From an uncultured Nitrospiraceae bacterium (lineage in GTDB: Bacteria > Nitrospirota > Thermodesulfovibrionia > Thermodesulfovibrionales > SM23-35): a stretch of 64,000 bases of DNA. This document shows, in pieces, positions 1-10,137 of this stretch (within the stretch, counting starts at the first letter, position 1; every line of letters starts with the position of its first letter). A model generated the notes under the pieces. That model made no database searches. It was not told where the DNA came from and saw nothing but the letters and a program-made list of their open reading frames with translations. Position numbers and translations under genes: made by a program. Location of the stretch: contig CAVSHB010000001.1 of the NCBI GenBank assembly GCA_963727775.1, positions 1 to 64,000 of the forward strand, written 5' to 3'.

Positions 1-327
1 GCCTTATTAAAGAGCTGCAGGCAGAGGGTATAGCCACACTCGACAACATCGGTAGATGCCTCAGGGCTATAAATCAAAGATGCTCCACGTAATAACTCAT
101 TTTTTGGATGGCTTCTTCGGGATCGACACTTTTTTTTACAACCTTGAAGAGGATTCCCACTGGGTATCGGAAGAACTGCAAAAGAAAATAGCTGAAGCCC
201 CGACCTATTATTGAATATTGGCAGCGGAGGCTAACATTTAATCTCCTGTCTGAATCAAAAAGGATATATTGATTTTAGGGTGCCTTTTATGGTATTTTAA
301 TCTTTTAAATTAATCAGGAGGGTTGAA

Positions 328-623
328 TTGCCAGCTAAAGCGAGACCGAAGAAAAATCTGTCAGCCGAGAAGAGGGTGAGACGGCTGTAAAAAGGAATCT
401 TCGCAACAGGAGTGTGCTGAGTTCCATTAAAACCGTTGAAAAGAAGATTGAGGCAACCATGGCTTCAGGGAACAAAGAAGATGCAGGGAAAGCGTTGCTC
501 CAGGCAGTAAAAGCGATTGATAAGGCTGCTTCAAAAGGTGTTATCCACAAAAATACCGCTTCGAGGAAGATATCACGTCTTACAAAGAAAGTGAACGTGC
601 TTCCTGCAGCCGGAGCAGTTTAA
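328..623 (+). CDS. rpsT: 30S ribosomal protein S20 (apparent 1-nt frameshift near 382)
   Basis: SD GGAGG then TTG at 328 gives MPAKARPKKNLSAEKRVR, followed by a stop at 388. The shifted frame continues AVKRNLRNRSVLSSIKT...IDKAASKGVIHKNTASRKISRL, an S20 signature. Confidence 0.92.
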
Positions 624-1500
624 TAAGAAGATAGTCCATCGGAAAAGTTCTGCCGGAACTTTTTATATCGATATCGACTCTGCCCAGTAACTCAAACACT
701 CTTAATAGATATTCCTCTTCAGCCGGGCTGATTTTCGAATGCAGGTTGCGTCCGTATTGCCAGTTAAGTGCGCCGATGAGGCTGTAATCTTCTGCTGTTT
801 CTCTTAGGGTTTTGTAAATCCTGAATACCTTTTCGGTATCTTTTTCTCTTAAAGCGTTTACAAGATCGAATATGCTGTAAAGCCTTATTCCTGTGACAAT
901 ATCCGAGATGTCATCCATACCTATTTTTTGCTTTCCGATAAGGGAAAATTTTTCGATCTCTGCCGAAAGCAGGCCAAGGTCGGGTCCTATGAGCCCTAGT
1001 AAATAGTTTGCAGCCTCCTCGGACATCTCTATCTTTTTTAAGCCGGCCCTCTGTTTTATCCAGGAAGGGATTTCTGATTCCCTTACGTCAAGAGACACCG
1101 GTTTCAATGACTTGAACTTTTCTCTGGTATCTTTAGTTAAGGTGCCCTTATGAAGCAAAACTAAAACCGAATTCTCGGACGGGTTTGTTAAATAGACATT
1201 TAACCTTTCGATATCTTTTTTCAGAAGCTTCTGGAAGTTTCCTTCTGCGATTGTGAATCTTCTGCCTCCAAAAAAAGAGGCAGTATTAGTGAGCTCTATA
1301 ATTTTCTCGAATGCCGGTTTTTCATCTCCTTGCAATAACAGATCGAATACATGGAGATTAAAGTCTCTCTCGGTATCCGGAACCATTTTTTTTATTGCAG
1401 CTAAGGCTTCTCTGTGGATGAACAGGTCCGATGCATAAAACAGGTAAACATAGGAAGGAAGGCCTTTGTCTATTTCGTTGAGTAATGCCTGAAAGCTCAT
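580..1500 (-). CDS. holA: DNA polymerase III delta subunit
   Basis: VYLFY...FNLHVFD, SFFGGRR, EIEKFSL and IFDLVNAL motifs; lies in the conserved leuS-lptE-holA-rpsT context. Confidence 0.9.
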   Translation of the reverse strand: MSFQALLNEIDKGLPSYVYLFYASDLFIHREALAAIKKMVPDTERDFNLHVFDLLLQGDEKPAFEKIIELTNTASFFGGRRFTIAEGNFQKLLKKDIERLNVYLTNPSENSVLVLLHKGTLTKDTREKFKSLKPVSLDVRESEIPSWIKQRAGLKKIEMSEEAANYLLGLIGPDLGLLSAEIEKFSLIGKQKIGMDDISDIVTGIRLYSIFDLVNALREKDTEKVFRIYKTLRETAEDYSLIGALNWQYGRNLHSKISPAEEEYLLRVFELLGRVDIDIKSSGRTFPMDYLLIKLLRLQEARSLSL

Positions 1501-2027
1501 TTATAAATAAGGACGGCGACTATCTCGGCAGCCATATCTTTGACGGCATTGTCCGAAGCGTCTTCTTTAGATGCAATGAGTTCGTTCAATGAGCCCGGAC
1601 CCGAAAAAGAGACAATGAAAGGAGAGCCTAAATCTTTGAACTCTTTTTTGTTTCCCGCTTGGTCGGTCAACACAAAGTTTGCTTTAATAACTACCTCATA
1701 TTCTCTTGCTATGTTGGACTTTTCAGACAAGATGCGCAATTCAAACTGGGTTATGGTCCCGCTTAACTTGTTCGGTGCATCGGGTGCTACAGAAATCCCT
1801 TGTTTCAGAAACTCCTCTGTCAAGGCCGCATATAATCTGTCCTGAAGTTTTGGTTCAAGCGTCTTGTTTTCGATCTTCACAATCCGAATTGAATCGAAAG
1901 GCAGCGCAGCTTTACCGTGCAATGAATAGCCGCACCCGTAAACGGTAAACATCAGGCAGCAAAAAATAAAGAATGACCCGAACAGAAAATTGTTAACTTT
2001 GAACTTTGAAATTTTAACTTTCATCAT
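1497..2027 (-). CDS. lptE: LPS assembly lipoprotein LptE family
   Basis: Lipobox-like YGCGY followed by ENKTLEPKL; located between leuS and holA. Confidence 0.8.
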   Translation of the reverse strand: MMKVKISKFKVNNFLFGSFFIFCCLMFTVYGCGYSLHGKAALPFDSIRIVKIENKTLEPKLQDRLYAALTEEFLKQGISVAPDAPNKLSGTITQFELRILSEKSNIAREYEVVIKANFVLTDQAGNKKEFKDLGSPFIVSFSGPGSLNELIASKEDASDNAVKDMAAEIVAVLIYK

Positions 2028-4510
2028 TCTCCAATGACAATATTGACCAGCTTACCTTTCACAATAATAACCTTTTTGATTGACTTAGCTCCAATAATTT
2101 CTTTAATTTTCTTGTCGTCAAGGGCAATCCCTTTGATTTCATTATCATGGGTATCTGCCGGAATCATGATCTTTGATCTGACTTTCCCGTTTACCTGTAT
2201 AACAAGTTCTATCTTCTCCTCTTTAGCGGCTTGTTCATCCCAAAGCGGCCATCCTTGCTCAAATATGCTCGGCTTATTCCCGATCGTCTCCCAGAGTTCC
2301 TCTGCAATGTGCGGAGAAAAAGGAGAAAGAAGCAGGAGTAACCGCTCTATTGCAAACTTGAAAATCACAAGGTCTTCATTTGAGCTGGATTCATAAGAAG
2401 CAAGGTCATTCATAAGCTCCATCAGTCCGGCGATTGCGGTATTGAAGTGATACTCACGCTCGATGTCTGTTGTTACCTTTTTGATTGTCTGATGCGTCTT
2501 CCGGTAAAGCCGTAAAGCATGAGACGTCAGTCGTGAGGAGTCAATTGATTCTGCAGCAGTTTTGGGCCCTGCACTTAACGCCTGACGGTTCTTATAAATG
2601 ATACCCCATAACCTGTTCAAAAACCTGTAAGCGCCGTCGACACCTTTGTCCGACCAATCGAGGTCTTTCTCAGGCGGAGCGGCAAAGAGAGAAAATAACC
2701 TCGATGTATCAGCGCCATATTTCCTGATCAGATAATTAGGGTCAACAACGTTGCCCTTTGATTTCGACATCTTTGCGCCGTCTTTTATTACCATACCCTG
2801 TGTCAGTAGGTTCCGGAAAGGTTCACTGATTGCAAGGAGTCCGAGGTCACGGATGACTCTTGTAAAAAACCGTGAGTATAGGAGATGAAGCACCGCGTGC
2901 TCGACCCCGCCGATGTACTGGTCAACAGGCAACCAGTATTTAAACTCGGAATCGGTTTTTTGTATTTCGGATCTCAAGTTGATATCGCCCTTCCCCGAAC
3001 AATAGCGAATGAAATACCAGGATGAGTCAACAAATGTGTCCATTGTGTCGGTCTCACGCCTTGCCTTATCGCCGCATTTTGGGCACTCGGCATATAAAAA
3101 TGCCTCCGACTCAAGAAGCGGCGAGCTGCCTTTGCCGGTAATCTTCAGATCCTCCGGGAGTATCACAGGCAGGTCTTTTTCAGGTACAGGGACAATGCCG
3201 CATCTGTCGCAATAAATTACCGGGATAGGCGTCCCCCAATACCTCTGCCGCGAAATTCCCCAATCCCTCAATTTGTAATTGACAACAGCTTTCCCAAATC
3301 CTTTTTCCTCAATAAATTTTATTATCTTTGTTCCGGCAATAGCACTTTTTAGACCAGTAAACTGCCCGGAATCAACCAGGACCCCTTCGTCTTCATAGGC
3401 CTCGGTAAGATGTCCGGGCGGTTCTGTATGGATTTTCGAATCAGGGACTATTACAACCTTGACAGGTAATTCATATTTCGCAGCAAACTCGAAGTCCCTC
3501 TGGTCATGGGCAGGTACGGACATGATGGCGCCTGTGCCATATTCCATAAGAACGAAGTTCGCGACATATACCGGTATCTTATCTCCATTTAAAGGATTGA
3601 CTGCGCAGTGGCCGGTGTAAAGTCCTACCTTCTCTGTTTCTTTGCTGTCTTTGCTGTATTTAGCCTTAATATGGTCGAGCCGGCCTTTATCTTCCACCAG
3701 TTTTTCGGTCATCGGATGCTCAGGCGCAATGCACATGAACGTCACACCAAACAGGGTATCCGGTCTGGTTGTGAATATCCTTAATTTCCCATCCATTTCT
3801 GCCAAGGGGAAATCAACTTCCACGCCTTCTCCCTTACCGATCCAGTTCTTCTGCATAAGGACAACACGCTCAGGCCATCCGTTCAGTTCATCACAACCCT
3901 TAAGCAACTCTTCTGCATACTTGGTAATCCTGAAAAACCACTGTTCAAGTTTTTTTTGGACAACTATATTGTCGCAACGCCAGCATTTTTCATCTATCAC
4001 CTGTTCATTGGCAAGGACGGTCCCACAGGACTGGCACCAGTTAACATAGGAATATTTCCTGTAAGCGAGCCCCTTCTCCAGCATTTTCAGGAAAAACCAC
4101 TGGTTCCATTTGTAATATTCAGGTTTGCAGGTAGTTACTTCCCTTTCCCAGTCATAGCTGAGCCCCATGCGATTGAGCTGCTTTTTCATATTATCGATAT
4201 TCCTGTAGGTCCATTCCGACGGATGGACACCGTGTTTAATCGCAGCATTCTCGGCAGGAAGTCCGAACGCATCCCATCCCATCGGATGAAGAACATTGAA
4301 GCCCTTCATTCTTTGGTACCTTGCTATAACATCGCCGATGGCATAATTTCTTACATGACCCATGTGGATTTCACCTGAAGGGTAAGGGAACATCTCCAGA
4401 CAGTAAAATTTCTCCCTGGACTGGTCAGCCTTTATTCTATGCAGCTTTCTTTGATCCCAATATCCCTGCCATTTGAGTTCGACCTTTTGCGGATCGTATT
4501 TTTCTTCCAA
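2024..4510 (-). CDS. leuS: Leucine--tRNA ligase
   Basis: MFPYPSG-HMGH (HIGH) motif, KMSKS, FTTRPDTLFG editing domain; TTG start after GGAGG. Confidence 0.98.
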   Translation of the reverse strand: MEEKYDPQKVELKWQGYWDQRKLHRIKADQSREKFYCLEMFPYPSGEIHMGHVRNYAIGDVIARYQRMKGFNVLHPMGWDAFGLPAENAAIKHGVHPSEWTYRNIDNMKKQLNRMGLSYDWEREVTTCKPEYYKWNQWFFLKMLEKGLAYRKYSYVNWCQSCGTVLANEQVIDEKCWRCDNIVVQKKLEQWFFRITKYAEELLKGCDELNGWPERVVLMQKNWIGKGEGVEVDFPLAEMDGKLRIFTTRPDTLFGVTFMCIAPEHPMTEKLVEDKGRLDHIKAKYSKDSKETEKVGLYTGHCAVNPLNGDKIPVYVANFVLMEYGTGAIMSVPAHDQRDFEFAAKYELPVKVVIVPDSKIHTEPPGHLTEAYEDEGVLVDSGQFTGLKSAIAGTKIIKFIEEKGFGKAVVNYKLRDWGISRQRYWGTPIPVIYCDRCGIVPVPEKDLPVILPEDLKITGKGSSPLLESEAFLYAECPKCGDKARRETDTMDTFVDSSWYFIRYCSGKGDINLRSEIQKTDSEFKYWLPVDQYIGGVEHAVLHLLYSRFFTRVIRDLGLLAISEPFRNLLTQGMVIKDGAKMSKSKGNVVDPNYLIRKYGADTSRLFSLFAAPPEKDLDWSDKGVDGAYRFLNRLWGIIYKNRQALSAGPKTAAESIDSSRLTSHALRLYRKTHQTIKKVTTDIEREYHFNTAIAGLMELMNDLASYESSSNEDLVIFKFAIERLLLLLSPFSPHIAEELWETIGNKPSIFEQGWPLWDEQAAKEEKIELVIQVNGKVRSKIMIPADTHDNEIKGIALDDKKIKEIIGAKSIKKVIIVKGKLVNIVIGE

Positions 4511-4596
4511 GATTAATACCTCCTGACTACAGAAAACAGATATATCAAAAAGGATAATATGAACGGTATTATAGCAAAAAAGACGACTTCAGTAGG

Positions 4597-5904
4597 TCAG
4601 GCTGTAAGGTTTAACTGATAGGTGCTCCAACCCTTGCAGTTGGTACATCTTCCGGACCAATCAGGAGATACATGCCCGCAGTTTTTGCAGCTGTATGAGA
4701 GACCGGCCGCATATATATGGGAATCCAATGCTTTTTTATATTCACGCACAGCCTTGTCTACCTGGTTCCTTTTCATGTAGAGGTTGCCCATAAGCTTATG
4801 CATTTCAGGGTATACAGTCCCTCCGGTATCGATGGATGCCATGGTTTCAAACGCATCATCTATCATCTCAAGCCTGTAAAAGAGTTTCCCGAGGAAGAAT
4901 TTAACGACAGGTTCCTGTGGATTTCTTGATATGTTATTTTTATATATTCTTATAAGCCGTAAAGGCTCACCTATGCTTATAAGTAAATCTTCCAGTCTTA
5001 AAAGGACAATCATGGACGATGTATGTTCATACTCCTTCTCAAGGAGATTAATTGCCTCTTCGGACTCGCCTTCTCTTAGAAGTACTTCTGCAAGTCCGAG
5101 GCTTGCGGGGATGAAATCCTTCTCCAGACGTAATACGGTCCTGAAGGCTTTTTTAGCCTTTTCGAGATCTCCATTTTCAAGACTGTGCCTGCCGTATTCA
5201 TACTTGTATCCGACAAGGTTTTGCCTCTCGCGGGCTTTATTCTTTTCAGCATGTTCATTTTTAAGTATTGTTTTCTGAACGAATACGAGGTCGTCCCACT
5301 TTTCCTGCCTTTCGAATATCTCTCTCTTTTTGTACAGGGCTGATAGGTTTTCATCGTCCAGGTCGAGTATCTCCTCGATATACCGCAAAGCATCGGCCCA
5401 TCTTCCCGTCTTTTCCATGAGCCTCTCAAGGGAAAATAGAACCTCGATGTTTCTGGGGTTAAGGTCCCTCGCGCTCTGAAAATATTCACGGGCCTTCTGA
5501 AAATCATCCTCTGAAAGGGCAATATCTCCGAGCTGCAGTAACGCGTTAAGGTGCTCAGGCTCTTCCACGAGAATCTCTTTCAATAATTCCTTTGACTCGG
5601 TCTGGTTATGGTGGGCAAATAAATAATTCAATGCCTTTGAGTACAGTTCCTGAACTTTTTCGTTCTTTTTCTGCTTTTTCTGATATTGCCAGCTGTCTAC
5701 GTATCTCTTTGTATCTCTCACCACGAATACAAAAAGCATTGCGAGTCCGCCGATTGCTATTGAAAGCAGGATAAGTGCAATGGTAGGTGTTTCGTAAGCC
5801 TCTCCAAACGGTATCTTTATGATGGTTGCTTCCTGGTTGAAGATAGCAAATAAAGCGAGTGAGGCCAGGAATAGGACGAATATGAATACGGCCAGTTTAC
5901 TCAT
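4597..5904 (-). CDS. LapA/LapB-like membrane-anchored TPR protein with C-terminal rubredoxin-like Zn site
   Basis: Two N-terminal TM helices, multiple TPR repeats, C-terminal CKNCG...WSGRCTNC. Confidence 0.8.
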   Translation of the reverse strand: MSKLAVFIFVLFLASLALFAIFNQEATIIKIPFGEAYETPTIALILLSIAIGGLAMLFVFVVRDTKRYVDSWQYQKKQKKNEKVQELYSKALNYLFAHHNQTESKELLKEILVEEPEHLNALLQLGDIALSEDDFQKAREYFQSARDLNPRNIEVLFSLERLMEKTGRWADALRYIEEILDLDDENLSALYKKREIFERQEKWDDLVFVQKTILKNEHAEKNKARERQNLVGYKYEYGRHSLENGDLEKAKKAFRTVLRLEKDFIPASLGLAEVLLREGESEEAINLLEKEYEHTSSMIVLLRLEDLLISIGEPLRLIRIYKNNISRNPQEPVVKFFLGKLFYRLEMIDDAFETMASIDTGGTVYPEMHKLMGNLYMKRNQVDKAVREYKKALDSHIYAAGLSYSCKNCGHVSPDWSGRCTNCKGWSTYQLNLTA

Positions 5905-5915
5905 GAATGACGATA

Positions 5916-6257
5916 TTACTCAATCCGGATTCTTTGGGCATCAATCCATAGTTTTTCAAGTTCATAAAATGTCCTTGTCGTTGCTTCAAATATATGTACA
6001 ATAACATCCCCGTAATCCATTAGCACCCAATGGTAGTATTTCATGCCCTCAATGCCGAGAGGATTTATCCCTTCCATTTTAAATCTCTCTTCGATCTGTT
6101 CTACGATTGCTTTTACCTGGGGAGTGCTTTCTCCTGAGCAGATAACGAAATAATCCGCTATTGTAGTCAGGCCTTGTAAATCGAGGACAAGGACGTCTTG
6201 CGCCTTTTTATCAAGTGCCGCCCTTGCTGCTTCTAGGGCTTTATCTTTACTTTCTAA
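5916..6257 (-). CDS. rsfS: Ribosome silencing factor RsfS (no canonical start codon; absent from ORF track)
   Basis: Manual translation: LESKDKALEAARAALDKKAQDVLVLDLQGLTTIADYFVICSGESTPQVKAI...WVLMDYGDVIVHIFEATTRTFYELEKLWIDA; follows nadD. Confidence 0.92.
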   Translation of the reverse strand, partial: LESKDKALEAARAALDKKAQDVLVLDLQGLTTIADYFVICSGESTPQVKAIVEQIEERFKMEGINPLGIEGMKYYHWVLMDYGDVIVHIFEATTRTFYELEKLWIDAQRIRIE

Positions 6258-6314
6258 GGTCTTTCCTCCCTTCTGATTGAAAATAGCTAATAGTTGACAT
6301 GATGCCTTTAAATA

Positions 6315-6971
6315 TTAACTTTTATAGAGCTTCTTAGTAATTATATAGGATTGGACCTCCGCTGGCAACAAATATTTTATGCTTCTGCCCAGTTTTAGCA
6401 GCCTTCTGACCTCTGTGGAAGATATCCCTATGCTGGTTAGTCTGAAGAGAATAGCGTTTGCGCCGCTCTTAAGTTTTATCATATAAGTTTCAGTATCTTT
6501 CTTATCAAGCTGTTCCAGGACGGTTCTGCTTATTTTTATATAGGGGGAAACCCGGAGGTCCATAAAACTGAAATCAGGCCGCGAGATGATGATGAAATTG
6601 GTGATAGATATAAGTCTTTCAGGGTCCAACCAGTTAGGTATGTCAAGGAAGGTGTCTATCCCGAGGATAAAGTAGAACTCCGCCTCAATATTGGATTCCT
6701 TCAGTGTCTCAATCGTCTTTACCGTATAAGATTTGCCCTGCAGTCTGCACTCTATATCCGATAGTTCAAAAAACGGGTTACCGGTGAGGGCAAGCCTGAC
6801 CATTTCGTATCTGTCTGCGGTCTTTGCTATGCCTTCAGTTTTCAACGGCGGACTTCCGGAGGGGACAAAGAGAATCTTATTGAGTCCAAGTTTTTCCCTC
6901 ACCTCTTCAGCAGCCCTGAGATGTCCGTAATGTATGGGGTTAAATGTCCCGCCGAATACGCCGACTTTCAT
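6315..6971 (-). CDS. nadD: Nicotinate-nucleotide adenylyltransferase
   Basis: GVFGGTFNPIHYGH and ISSTEVR motifs. Confidence 0.97.
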   Translation of the reverse strand: MKVGVFGGTFNPIHYGHLRAAEEVREKLGLNKILFVPSGSPPLKTEGIAKTADRYEMVRLALTGNPFFELSDIECRLQGKSYTVKTIETLKESNIEAEFYFILGIDTFLDIPNWLDPERLISITNFIIISRPDFSFMDLRVSPYIKISRTVLEQLDKKDTETYMIKLKSGANAILFRLTSIGISSTEVRRLLKLGRSIKYLLPAEVQSYIITKKLYKS

Positions 6972-7120
6972 TCTTCTTCCAATTTCAGCTAATTGATATA
7001 AAAAAGGCAGTGATTATCTTTGAGCGGTTTTAAATTCTTTCGAAGAAAGAATTTACCTCGGAGGTCCGACATTCGTCGGGGCAAGAATGAGCGAAAAGGT
7101 AATCACTGTCTTTTTTATTT

Positions 7121-8377
7121 TTAGTCTCTTAACTGACCATTACCCAAAACTATAAATTTAGTGCATGTCAATTCTTCCAGACCCATCGGACCTCTTGCAT
7201 GGATTTTGCCGGTTGAGATTCCGATTTCAGCTCCCAATCCAAATTGGAACCCGTCATTGAGCCTTGTTGACGCATTCACAAGCACAGCCGAGGAATCAAC
7301 CTCCCTCAAAAATCTCAGGGCCTTATCGTAATTCATAGTTACGATGGAGTCTGAGTGAGAAGAGCCGTACCTGGCGATATGATCCATAGCTTCGTCCATA
7401 TCTTCAACTACCTTTACGTTTAAGATCAGGTCGAGGTATTCCCTGGAATAGTCCTCTTCTTTCACCTCCGTTATATCCGGATAGATAGCGAGTGTCTTTG
7501 AGCAGCCCCTAAGTTCCACCCCGGCGCCTTCAAATCTTTGCAGCATCTTCGGCAGAAATCCTTCGGCAATAGGCTTATCCACGAGCATGGTTTCCATTGC
7601 GTTGCAGGTGCCCGGTCGCTGGACTTTTGCATTAAGACAGATTTCCTCCGCCATGATGAGATCAGCATCTCTATCAACAAATATATGACAAACACCTTTA
7701 TAATGTTTTAAAACAGGGATTCTGGAATTTTCAGTGACCGCCCTAATGAGCGCTTCCCCGCCCCTCGGGATAATCAGATCAATCAATTCTTCAAGCTTCA
7801 GCATCTCCATAACCGCTTCTCTTTCAGGTATATCGATAAAAGTTATCGCGCCCTGATGAAGTCCCTGTCTTTTTGCAGCCTCGCGCAATATTTTTACGAT
7901 CGCCCTGTTTGAATTAATGGCCTCTGAGCCTCCCCTGAGGACGACGGCATTCCCGGCCTTCAGACAGAGGGCCGCCGCATCAGCCGTAACATTAGGTCTT
8001 GACTCATAGATAATCCCGATAACCCCGATGGGGACCCGCATTTTCCCGACTGTCATGCCGTTAGGTCTCCGCCACATTTTTGTTATCTCTCCTGCAGGGT
8101 CGGGTAAGGCCGCCACTTCAACAAGTCCCTGTGCCATCTCGGAAATGCGTTTCCCGTTCAGCGTCAGTCTGTCTATCATTGCCTTGGAAAGCCCTTTTCC
8201 CCTGGCAAATTGAATGTCTTTTTTGTTCGCTGCAATAAGCTCTTTTGCCCGCTTTTGCAGCGCCTTTGCCATTTCAACAAGGGCAGCGTTTTTCTGCCCC
8301 GATGATGCTCGGGCGAGTACCCTCGCCCCCTCTTTGGCTTCTTTAGCTTTGTTAATTACAAATGCCGCTATGTCCAT
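7121..8377 (-). CDS. proA: Gamma-glutamyl phosphate reductase
   Basis: [18 protein letters not shown] and [19 protein letters not shown] motifs; start chosen at ATG 8377 after GGAGGT. Confidence 0.97.
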   Translation of the reverse strand: MDIAAFVINKAKEAKEGARVLARASSGQKNAALVEMAKALQKRAKELIAANKKDIQFARGKGLSKAMIDRLTLNGKRISEMAQGLVEVAALPDPAGEITKMWRRPNGMTVGKMRVPIGVIGIIYESRPNVTADAAALCLKAGNAVVLRGGSEAINSNRAIVKILREAAKRQGLHQGAITFIDIPEREAVMEMLKLEELIDLIIPRGGEALIRAVTENSRIPVLKHYKGVCHIFVDRDADLIMAEEICLNAKVQRPGTCNAMETMLVDKPIAEGFLPKMLQRFEGAGVELRGCSKTLAIYPDITEVKEEDYSREYLDLILNVKVVEDMDEAMDHIARYGSSHSDSIVTMNYDKALRFLREVDSSAVLVNASTRLNDGFQFGLGAEIGISTGKIHARGPMGLEELTCTKFIVLGNGQLRD

Positions 8378-8442
8378 ACGCACCTCCATGGCATAATATT
8401 GATAAATATACCACAGATTGACTTAATGATGTAAAATGTCAT

Positions 8443-10137
8443 ATGCCTCAAATTAAGATTTTACCGTCCGATCTAAAGAACAAGATTGCCGCAGGAGAGG
8501 TCGTCGAAAGGCCGGCTTCTGTAGTAAAGGAGTTGATGGAAAATTCCATCGATGCCGCGAGCACGGATATCAGAGTAGACGTCCTTTATGGAGGGAAGCG
8601 CCTTATCAGGGTATCCGATAACGGAAGCGGAATGGACAAGGAAGACGCCCTCCTTTGTTTCCAAAGACATGCAACCAGTAAGCTTGTTTCAGAGGCTGAC
8701 CTTTTCAATATAAGAACAATGGGGTTCAGAGGCGAAGCGCTTCCGTCCATAGCATCAGTCTCAAAGATCAGGCTAACTTCGGGCTTGAAGGGTTCCGCGT
8801 CCGGTATATCTGTTGAAATACACGGAGGAGATGTAAAAGAAATTAAAGATTCTCCTTCTGTCGGCACAACCGTTGAGGTCAGGGATTTATTCTTTAATCT
8901 GCCCGCAAGAAAGAAATTTCTGAAGACGAACAGTACAGAGCTTTTTCATATTATCGATACAGTAACAAAAGAGGCCCTCTCACATTGGGAGATAGCTTTT
9001 TCGCTGGCTTCCGATAACAAAGAGACCATCAAACTACCTATTGCATCGGGTCCGAGAGAACGCATTATGCAAATCTATGGGGAAGAATTTCTGGCCGGCC
9101 TGATAGAGGCAAATGCCGAAGCAGCCGTAGCGGATGGGACAGGGATGAAAGCTTTTGTTACAAAAGGAGATAATTTCAGAAACACCAGAGCGCACCAGTT
9201 CATTTTTATAAACAAGCGTCCGATAAAAGATCAATCTATTTCTCACGCAGCATACAAGGCATATGAAGGCATCCTGCCGCGGGATAAACATCCTGTCTTT
9301 TTCATTTTTTTGGATATTGACCCAAGGAAGGTAGACTTTAATGTGCATCCGACAAAACGCGAGGTCAGATTTGAAGATAAAGAATCCGTTTATCATTTTG
9401 TAAATTCCGTCATCAAAGAAACTATAAAAGGCGAGAGGGCTGAATATGTAAAACAATTTACAGAAATCCCTGAAATGGATTATCCAAAACCGTCTCTTGA
9501 AACGTCTTCGACCCCATATTCGTTTCTTTTGCCCGGCGACGGGACTCTGGTGTCCGAAAATCTTGAATTTGCTTACAGGCCCCAACTGCCTTTTATTTAT
9601 CTCGGAGAGACATTCCTTGCCGTCGCAGGTAAAGGCGGACTCACACTGATAGACCACCATGCTGCCCACGAGAGAGTCCTCTATGAAAAGTTCCTGAAGG
9701 GAATCGACCTTAACTCCCACCAATTATTATTCCCGAAACAGGTCAAGCTTTCACACAAAGAATACCTGGTTATACTTGAGAACTTCCGTATACTCAGGGA
9801 TTTTGGTTTAGATATAGATGACTTTGGTCATGGGACGATCATTGTCCGCTCGCTGCCCGACATTTTAAGAGATGCAGATATAAAAGGTATTATTTCAGAT
9901 ATGGCATCATGTATTGCTGAGGGTATTCCGCCTGATAAATCATTTAAAGAAACCCTTGCTGCACGGATTGCATGCCATATTTCGGTGAGAGGAAGGGAAA
10001 TCCTTAACCAGGAAAAGCTATCGGGGCTTCTGTCCGACCTTGAACAGACCGAGCACCCTGACCAGTGTCCGCATGGCAGACCTACAAGAATCTTCCTTTC
10101 TTTGGATGATCTGAAGAAGATGTTCAAGAGAAAATGA
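8443..10137 (+). CDS. mutL: DNA mismatch repair endonuclease MutL
   Basis: IAAGEVVERPASVVKELMENSIDA, GFRGEAL, DHHAAHER and CPHGRP motifs. Confidence 0.97.
   Translation: MPQIKILPSDLKNKIAAGEVVERPASVVKELMENSIDAASTDIRVDVLYGGKRLIRVSDNGSGMDKEDALLCFQRHATSKLVSEADLFNIRTMGFRGEALPSIASVSKIRLTSGLKGSASGISVEIHGGDVKEIKDSPSVGTTVEVRDLFFNLPARKKFLKTNSTELFHIIDTVTKEALSHWEIAFSLASDNKETIKLPIASGPRERIMQIYGEEFLAGLIEANAEAAVADGTGMKAFVTKGDNFRNTRAHQFIFINKRPIKDQSISHAAYKAYEGILPRDKHPVFFIFLDIDPRKVDFNVHPTKREVRFEDKESVYHFVNSVIKETIKGERAEYVKQFTEIPEMDYPKPSLETSSTPYSFLLPGDGTLVSENLEFAYRPQLPFIYLGETFLAVAGKGGLTLIDHHAAHERVLYEKFLKGIDLNSHQLLFPKQVKLSHKEYLVILENFRILRDFGLDIDDFGHGTIIVRSLPDILRDADIKGIISDMASCIAEGIPPDKSFKETLAARIACHISVRGREILNQEKLSGLLSDLEQTEHPDQCPHGRPTRIFLSLDDLKKMFKRK

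Noticed and set aside
1..240. 3' end of a + strand gene (…GYKSKMLHVITHFLDGFFGIDTFFYNLEEDSHW…)
   Set aside because: Truncated by the window edge, with an apparent frameshift; no product can be assigned.
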